Shown here: positions 58,192 to 64,000 of the stretch, piece by piece | How the letters are laid out: every line of letters begins with the position of its first letter | Position numbering within the stretch: position 1 is the first letter of the stretch | Assembly (NCBI GenBank): GCA_963806225.1 | Contig: CAWDXG010000004.1 | Span: 3,456,001 to 3,520,000 of the forward strand | Reading direction: 5' to 3' | Source of the DNA: an uncultured delta proteobacterium | GTDB lineage: Bacteria > Myxococcota_A > Polyangia > Polyangiales > Polyangiaceae | DNA length: 64,000 nt | Made by a program: the position numbers and the translations under genes | Notes under the pieces: generated by a model | Seen by the model: only the letters and a program-made list of their open reading frames with translations | What the model was told of the DNA's origin: nothing | The model's database searches: none

Positions 58192-59154
58192 TCATTCAGA
58201 ACGCGTCTCCACGATGGATACGACCGAGTGGTCGCCCTCGGGGGAGGCAAACACGATCAGATCGACGCCCTTCCGCGAGTAGGCCCGGCTACCGGGGGTC
58301 TCCTGGGCCACGAACGGAATGGGCTTCCAGCCTTTGCCGGACACCTGCTTGTCGAAACCTGTGAGTGCGTCTCTGGCCTGCGAGGGACAGTCGTAGACCC
58401 GAACGGAGTGTGGCGTGCCTTCGATGCCGGCGCTGAGCAACCGCTTGGCACCCTGCGGGCGGCCTGCGTTCGGCACGTCGGAGCCGGGCGGCTCGCTGCC
58501 ATCCATCGGCGACAGGTTGAAGAGGTGGAAGGAGTCGTCGGTCCACGAAGTGATGACGTGGGTGTGACCTGCGGGCGTGCGCCGTGCGTAGGCGTAGCGC
58601 AGGTACCCGACCGAGCTCAAATCGCCCGTCTTGGCGAACGCCGCGAGGCGCTTGACGACCGGAACCTGCACGGGGCCATTTCCGCGGACGAGGCAGGCGA
58701 CCATGCCCTCGGACGCGTTCTCCTGGCGCATGATGCCGACCTTGTTCTCACCCACCTGGGCCAGCGTCTTCTTCTTCAGCGCCGCGGGCAGCTTCTCGAA
58801 GTCCTGGGCGAGCCCGATGTCGCCCCGCTCGCACGCGGCCTGGAAGCGGTCGAGCACGTGCTTCACCGACTGATCGGTCATCGCACTGGCCAGGTTGATC
58901 GGTTCGCCGTTCAGCAGGAGCCGGTTGGAGTGGCCGGTCAGGTCGCCGAACTGCGCTAGCTGCCGGCCGATGACCAGGGCCGACTCCTTCATGTCGCCGT
59001 ACGCGGAACGCAGTGCCAGCCCAGCGAGCACACACGATACGACGAAGCAGTACGCCATGAGCCGCGCAACCGCCAGCAGGTGCTTGCGTCGCTCCCACAG
59101 CCACCTGAAGGGGCTGGGAGGGAGCGGGCGTCTCTGGGGCGATTGCTGCGTCAT
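58192..59154 (-). CDS. Membrane-anchored hypothetical protein within the Tad cluster
   Basis: 320-aa ORF with one N-terminal TM helix, tightly coupled to its neighbours. Confidence 0.7.
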   Translation of the reverse strand: MTQQSPQRRPLPPSPFRWLWERRKHLLAVARLMAYCFVVSCVLAGLALRSAYGDMKESALVIGRQLAQFGDLTGHSNRLLLNGEPINLASAMTDQSVKHVLDRFQAACERGDIGLAQDFEKLPAALKKKTLAQVGENKVGIMRQENASEGMVACLVRGNGPVQVPVVKRLAAFAKTGDLSSVGYLRYAYARRTPAGHTHVITSWTDDSFHLFNLSPMDGSEPPGSDVPNAGRPQGAKRLLSAGIEGTPHSVRVYDCPSQARDALTGFDKQVSGKGWKPIPFVAQETPGSRAYSRKGVDLIVFASPEGDHSVVSIVETRSE

Positions 59155-59158
59155 CGTC

Positions 59159-59629
59159 CTACCATGCGGTCTTGTCGTGCCAGGCGGTCTTCAGCACGTT
59201 GATGATGTTGCCTGACGCGGGCTTCTCGTCGCACTGCAGGGTCGTCGTGGTCGCCAGCTTGTTGCTGATGCCCAGGTAGGTGCCCGTCGCGACACTGCCC
59301 CTCGATGTGGCCTTGGCCACACCCCAGTCGGTCTCGAGCTTCGCGTCGCCGGTGGCGTTCTTGTACTTGCTCTTGACCGTCGGCCCGTTGGGCGGCGGAT
59401 CGTTCGACTGCGATGCACCGTTGCCTTCGCAACTGTTGAGCGCGTACTCCCAGACCTTGGACCTGGCGTCGGACAGGGTGAATTCCTTCACCAGGAACAG
59501 CCTGACGACGTAGAGCAGGCAGGCGAACACGAGCAGGAAGAACGGAATCGCCACCACGGCTTCAACGAGCGCTGCGCCGCGGCGCCGACGGCGCCGTGTG
59601 CGCACTACCGGAAAGCGCCGTAGCCGCAT
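59159..59629 (-). CDS. TadE/TadF-like minor pilin
   Basis: RRRG|AALVEAVVAIPFFLLVF prepilin motif. Confidence 0.85.
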   Translation of the reverse strand: MRLRRFPVVRTRRRRRRGAALVEAVVAIPFFLLVFACLLYVVRLFLVKEFTLSDARSKVWEYALNSCEGNGASQSNDPPPNGPTVKSKYKNATGDAKLETDWGVAKATSRGSVATGTYLGISNKLATTTTLQCDEKPASGNIINVLKTAWHDKTAW

Positions 59630-61152
59630 CAATGGATCACCTTGTAGTTGTAGAAGGTCTGGGTCGCCTTGTTCTGGATCTGCGAGTCCACCTTGCCGCC
59701 GGCCTTCTTGAGCGCGTCCGTGATCTGCTTTCCGAGATAGTTCGCGGCGGCGTCGCCGAGGGCGAACTTGACGAAGCTCTTCTCGGCCAGCGCGCCGCCG
59801 ACGGAGCTGCCCAGCTTGCTGGTGATGACGTCGCCGAGCTTGCCGCCGAGGGCCGTGCCGCCGGTGCCGGTGAAGGGTTGCACGCGGCGGAACCTGGCGC
59901 GCCAGCGCATGCTCCACATGGCGTTTTCCTTGTAGTCCTCCCACGCGGGGCTGTCGCCGTCGTCCTGCCCTTTGCGCCAGTCGTAGTAGAACTCGGCCTG
60001 GGCGAAGCCGATCTTGCCCCACAGGTCGACGCCGGGAGAGGCGCTCGAGCCCCAGGTGGACACTTCCACGCCCTTGTCCGGGTTGGCCACGAAGTTCTCG
60101 TTGCCCGTCACCAGCGACCACACCTGGAAGTAGCCGTTGCCGTTCTGGGCGGAGTCGTACACCTCCATCGCGGCCCAGTCATTCTTGCCGGACAGGCCGC
60201 TGAGACCGCCCATCTGCTTGTCGAGGTCCTTCTGCGCGTCCTTCCAGCCCTTGTCCATGCACTTGCCCCAATCGAACTTGGGGGGGTGCTTGTCGTTCTT
60301 GTGCTTCTTGTTGAAGCCCTTCTTCTTCCCCTGGCAGATCTGGTTCTTGGCAGCGTGATCGAGCGAGCCGCCGAGCTTTCCCTTGTTGTTGCAGAAGTAG
60401 CTGGAGAAGGTGCTGGCGAGGCCGCCCATCACGCCCTTCACGAATCCGCCGACGCCGAGGACGTTGAACGGCATGGCGATCACTTCGCCGACAATCTCGC
60501 CCCCCTTCTTGCAGAGAACGCTGCCGTCGCCTTCCTGCACCGGCAGGCCGAGCCGCTCTCCATGCGGAATGAGCGACACGCTGACCATGCCGCCGTGCGT
60601 GACCGGCTCCTTGAACTTGGGGGCTACGGTAGCGACGACCTTGCCTTCGGCGATCCACGGCATCGTCTTGGCGACACCCACCTGGGCGACGTGCAACCCC
60701 TTCATGGTCGGCTTGAGGAAGGATTCATACGCCTTGATCGCGTCGGAGATCGTCGGCTCGAAATCGGTGGTGACACCGCAAACGAAGTCCGCCACAACGC
60801 AAACGCCCAGGCACGCCGCGGAGATGGCGCAGGAGATGACGTTGGCCAGGAAGTTGATCGCCTGGACCAGCTTCAATGCGATGAGGATGGCGAGCAGAGC
60901 CGCCATGATCACGTTGATCATGACGATGATGTTCATGCCTCGCGCGTGGTACACGGCCGCCGCGTAGGCCACCGCATCCGCGCCGTCTTGCATGCGCTCG
61001 CGGTACAGCGCCGCGTGTCCGATGCCGATGACGTACCAGAGCGCGCCGACGAGGAACGCCGCCATGAACACCGCGACGACCATCACGGCCCCTCGGCGGT
61101 CGTCGATGAGCGACCGCGAGCTCGAGGCGTTCGAGGGCGCCCTAGTACTCAT
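59629..61152 (-). CDS. TadG-like large minor pilin / tip protein
   Basis: DRRG|AVMVVAVFM...MQDGADAVAYAAA Tad N-terminal motif. Confidence 0.82.
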   Translation of the reverse strand: MSTRAPSNASSSRSLIDDRRGAVMVVAVFMAAFLVGALWYVIGIGHAALYRERMQDGADAVAYAAAVYHARGMNIIVMINVIMAALLAILIALKLVQAINFLANVISCAISAACLGVCVVADFVCGVTTDFEPTISDAIKAYESFLKPTMKGLHVAQVGVAKTMPWIAEGKVVATVAPKFKEPVTHGGMVSVSLIPHGERLGLPVQEGDGSVLCKKGGEIVGEVIAMPFNVLGVGGFVKGVMGGLASTFSSYFCNNKGKLGGSLDHAAKNQICQGKKKGFNKKHKNDKHPPKFDWGKCMDKGWKDAQKDLDKQMGGLSGLSGKNDWAAMEVYDSAQNGNGYFQVWSLVTGNENFVANPDKGVEVSTWGSSASPGVDLWGKIGFAQAEFYYDWRKGQDDGDSPAWEDYKENAMWSMRWRARFRRVQPFTGTGGTALGGKLGDVITSKLGSSVGGALAEKSFVKFALGDAAANYLGKQITDALKKAGGKVDSQIQNKATQTFYNYKVIH

Positions 61153-61669
61153 AGTAGGCTCCGTTGTTCGGCAGGGACGCCTGGGCCGTCAACTGGTACA
61201 TGCCGGACAGCCCGCAGACGACCCTGCTCGCGAGCGGCACCTGGCATCGGTAGGCCACGCTCAGCTTCGCGTGGATCATCCCCCGCGGGTCGAACTTCCC
61301 GCTCTGCTTTCCGTTGAGCGTGAGCTTGGGATCGCCGACCTGCGTCACCAGGCTGGTGACGGCGCTGAGCGGGATCTTGGCAGCCGTCTCGATGTCGTCC
61401 TTGCGCTGCCCGGAATACTCGTTCCGCTCGACGCCGCCGTAGTTCTCGGCGTCGTCGTCCAGAACGACCACGGCGGCGCGCACCGCACTGGAAGCCGCGT
61501 GCTGCACGACCAGCTTGGCCACGATCAGACCCGTGAGCTGGACGAGGCTCAAGAAGACAACGAACAGCGGAAGGAAGGCGATGAGGAACTCCACCATCAC
61601 CGCGCCGCGCGTCCCGAGCCCTCCGGATTGTCCGGCCTGGGCTCTCTTCTGCGCGGCCCGCCTTCTCAT
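61142..61669 (-). CDS. tadE: TadE-like minor pilin
   Basis: TRG|AVMVEFLIAFLPLF...HAASSAVRAA. Confidence 0.87.
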   Translation of the reverse strand: MRRRAAQKRAQAGQSGGLGTRGAVMVEFLIAFLPLFVVFLSLVQLTGLIVAKLVVQHAASSAVRAAVVVLDDDAENYGGVERNEYSGQRKDDIETAAKIPLSAVTSLVTQVGDPKLTLNGKQSGKFDPRGMIHAKLSVAYRCQVPLASRVVCGLSGMYQLTAQASLPNNGAYYEY

Positions 61670-62214
61670 GGTCCCCTCCAGTGGAGCCAGACGCTGATGA
61701 ACGTCCCCACAGCTATCGCCGGACCGAATTTGAGCTCGGTCAGCATCTCCGGCACGATCTCCTTTCGGCGATCCTTCGGCAGGAAGGGGTTGATCACCAG
61801 CGACATCGTGTTCCCAAGGGTCCGCAGCAGCTTTCCCTCGTAGGCGAGGCGCCCTGGGGCGTAGAGAGCTGCTGCGATGAAGGCATAGAACTCACACTCG
61901 ATTCCGACCGAAACGCTGCACAGGGCTCCGATGGCGGCGAGAAGCTTCACGTCTCCGCCGCCGATGGCACCAAAGTAGAAGAAAAGAACAGGAACAAGCC
62001 CACACGCGACGATGCCGAGAGCCGAGAACGCCAACTCCTGTCCGGCTGCCGAACGGCCCGCCCCCAGGTAGCCAGCCAGTGCATGAAAAAGCGGTGCGGC
62101 GAGCAAGGTCCCGATTGTGAGCCAATTGGGAATGTGCCCGCCCCGCCAATCCAGCCAACCGGCTACGACAGCGATGAGCACTGCCGCGGCAAAGAAGTAC
62201 TGAGCACCGAACAT
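61666..62214 (-). CDS. cpaA: A24-family prepilin peptidase TadV/CpaA
   Basis: LDWRGGHIPNWL, GGGDVKLLAAIG and FGPAIAVG. Confidence 0.92.
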   Translation of the reverse strand: MFGAQYFFAAAVLIAVVAGWLDWRGGHIPNWLTIGTLLAAPLFHALAGYLGAGRSAAGQELAFSALGIVACGLVPVLFFYFGAIGGGDVKLLAAIGALCSVSVGIECEFYAFIAAALYAPGRLAYEGKLLRTLGNTMSLVINPFLPKDRRKEIVPEMLTELKFGPAIAVGTFISVWLHWRGP

Positions 62215-62262
62215 GCGGGTTTGCGCCTCCGGGATCGTCCGGCGGCGCCGGCTGGTTCGGTC

Positions 62263-62451
62263 CTACGGCGTGCCCTGGATCTTCCCGACGGACGACGCTT
62301 CCTGGTTGATCTTGGTCTTGACCGAGCTACCGAACGCCTTGAAAGCGAGCATCGCGAGGATGGCAATCATGCCGACGAGGATCATGTACTCGACCAGCGT
62401 GGCGCCGCGCGTATCCTTTACGAGTGACCTGATTTTGTTCATTTTGAGCAC
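62263..62451 (-). CDS. flp: Flp major pilin
   Basis: KDTRG|ATLVEYMILVGMIAI. Confidence 0.92.
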   Translation of the reverse strand: MLKMNKIRSLVKDTRGATLVEYMILVGMIAILAMLAFKAFGSSVKTKINQEASSVGKIQGTP

Positions 62452-62479
62452 CTCTAGCAGTGTTGTCTGGAGCCCTGTG

Positions 62480-62677
62480 TCAGGGCACGGGAGCGATCAG
62501 AATCCCCCTGGCGTGCAGGTAGGACGACAGAAGGTAGGGCCCCAGGCCGGCGATGGCGGCGGCAACCCCGATGGCGACCATGCCGAGCACGACCACGTAC
62601 TCGACCATCACCGCACCGCTCTCGTCGCGGAGGAGCGAGCGCGTTCGTCGCGCGAGGCGGGGGGGCGGGCGCGTCAT
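62480..62677 (-). CDS. Second Flp-like pilin
   Basis: RDESG|AVMVEYVVVLGMVAIG. Confidence 0.85.
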   Translation of the reverse strand: MTRPPPRLARRTRSLLRDESGAVMVEYVVVLGMVAIGVAAAIAGLGPYLLSSYLHARGILIAPVP

Positions 62678-62931
62678 GAGTCCTTCCAAGGGTGCTGTGT
62701 TCGGGCGGCGGAGGCAACATCCGGCGCAGCCTGCCCGAGCATGCACCAGTCTATGACGAACCATTGCGTCGCTCAACCCGGACCCCTGCTTGTCGGCAGC
62801 CACGACGCGCCGCGGCATGAGCACCTGGGGAAGGGTCGAGGAGGCCATCGTTCTATACGTCTCTGCAGGATGCGTTCCCCACCGCCTGCATCGCGGATCC
62901 CCTGCGATTCGTCGATCCGACACCAGGTGCC

Positions 62932-63003
62932 GGATACACTGCCGTCCTGATTTCCTTAGTGTATCCAGGCAGTTGCAGTGTCCGGGGTGTCATGACATGT
63001 CAC
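62932..63003. promoter_or_regulatory. Cluster of inverted repeats and palindromes upstream of the tad operon
   Basis: ggatacact-N17-agtgtatcc; overlapping palindromes tgtcatgaca and tgacatgtca. Confidence 0.45.
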
Positions 63004-63078
63004 GAACACTGAGGATGGGCCGCCACGGACGCACGCTGCGCGCTCCCGCCAACGATTCCCGGGGACCACGTCGCGCGA

Positions 63079-63705
63079 TCAGAGCGGGGTCGGGCCGGTG
63101 CGGCGGTGGTAGTAGTGGTAGACGCGCTTCTTCTTGAACTTCTGGTCGAAGACGAAGATGTCGTCCTTGTTCTTCACGTCGAACGTGGCGGCCGGGCTCT
63201 GTGGCTGGAGGAGCTTGTGGTCGTCGTCGCTGGTGTCGAGCGTCAGCTTGAACGACTCGTTCGGAGACAGCTTCAAGAGCACATTCGCCGCCCCGCCGGT
63301 GTCGGTCCGGGCTACCTCCTTGCCGAGGTAGCGGACGGGGATGTCGGGCCCGTTTTCGGCGCGTATCGCGACAACGACACTGCGTTTCTTCGGCGGGCAG
63401 TCGACCATGTACTCGGGGCGCTTGGAGGAACCCACGATGCGCCGCAGCGTGACCACCAGCGGCTCGGTCGGCGATTTGTAGCCATCGGGACAGCGCACGT
63501 TCAGCGTGAAGGCCTGTCCCTCGGCGCCCGTCATCGAAAGGCCGGTCTTGCCCGTTTTGTCCGTCCTTTTGCCGACGGGCTTGTTCTGGTTCAGCACGAC
63601 CGCGCCCGCGAGCGGCACGCCGGGGTCGCTCTGGACCTTGACGACGATCTCGTATTTTGGGGGCGGCTTGCTCGAGCACGCCGCGAGCAGCGCGCCTGCA
63701 CACAT
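63079..63705 (-). CDS. Putative lipoprotein with two Ig-like beta-sandwich (carboxypeptidase-regulatory-like) repeats; start uncertain
   Basis: LLAAC lipobox; GVPLAGAVV...RTDKTG and a second RTDTGG repeat. Confidence 0.65.
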   Translation of the reverse strand: MCAGALLAACSSKPPPKYEIVVKVQSDPGVPLAGAVVLNQNKPVGKRTDKTGKTGLSMTGAEGQAFTLNVRCPDGYKSPTEPLVVTLRRIVGSSKRPEYMVDCPPKKRSVVVAIRAENGPDIPVRYLGKEVARTDTGGAANVLLKLSPNESFKLTLDTSDDDHKLLQPQSPAATFDVKNKDDIFVFDQKFKKKRVYHYYHRRTGPTPL

Positions 63706-64000
63706 GGTGAAGCACAGCTTCTGCACTCTGCGAGGTGTAACACCCCTTCCAGCGCGGGTCGAAGGCAGCTCAGCGTGGGGGCTTCCAGGCCGGGTCATGG
63801 TCGACCAGCCATGCAAAGTCCGGACGCGACGGGGCGGCGCCGGCTTCTGGCTCCGACACCAGGGACATCGCTCCAGCGCGGTGCGTCAGGAACGCCGCGT
63901 CCCGTGCTGCCTTCGCGCACGCGGGTTCGGTGCATACGAACAGCGCGCGTTTGCCACCGTGTTCCGCGAAAATGGTGGCGAGCCCCGAGGTCCACGCGTC

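Noticed and set aside
62680..63078. c-di-GMP riboswitch or sigma54 promoter upstream of flp
   Set aside because: No convincing GEMM motif or TGGCAC-N5-TTGC match found by eye

Overview
High-GC genomic DNA that looks myxobacterial (Polyangiaceae-like). This is inferred from the Ser/Thr kinase, the FHA proteins, the Gly/Cys-rich lipoproteins and the split F0 ATP synthase cluster. 0-28 kb: housekeeping and signalling genes (Ser/Thr kinase start, TPR protein, two tandem beta-barrel-like paralogs, rseP, lpxC, ftsK, an RHH-FHA protein, L,D-transpeptidase, ABC1 kinase, atpZ/I/B/E, rdgB, two histidine kinases flanking an Fe-S/CCG protein, acyP). 28-48 kb: the str-S10-spc-alpha ribosomal supercluster on the minus strand. 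It is atypical: rplC and map are absent, an opposite-strand Cys-rich lipoprotein gene splits rpsS from rplV, EF-Tu has a non-canonical switch-I region and L17 has a long K/A/E tail. 48.4-62.7 kb: a compact 16-gene Tad/Flp (type IVc) pilus cluster with five prepilins, two intact TadA/CpaF ATPases (one fused to a canonical FHA domain), two membrane proteins with degenerate FHA-like domains and no TadZ/CpaE. It resembles the Kil predation apparatus of Myxococcus and is the best candidate for a novel system here. Many genes between 4 and 42 kb, including essential ones, carry single-base frameshifts that are most likely sequencing errors, so their coordinates are approximate.
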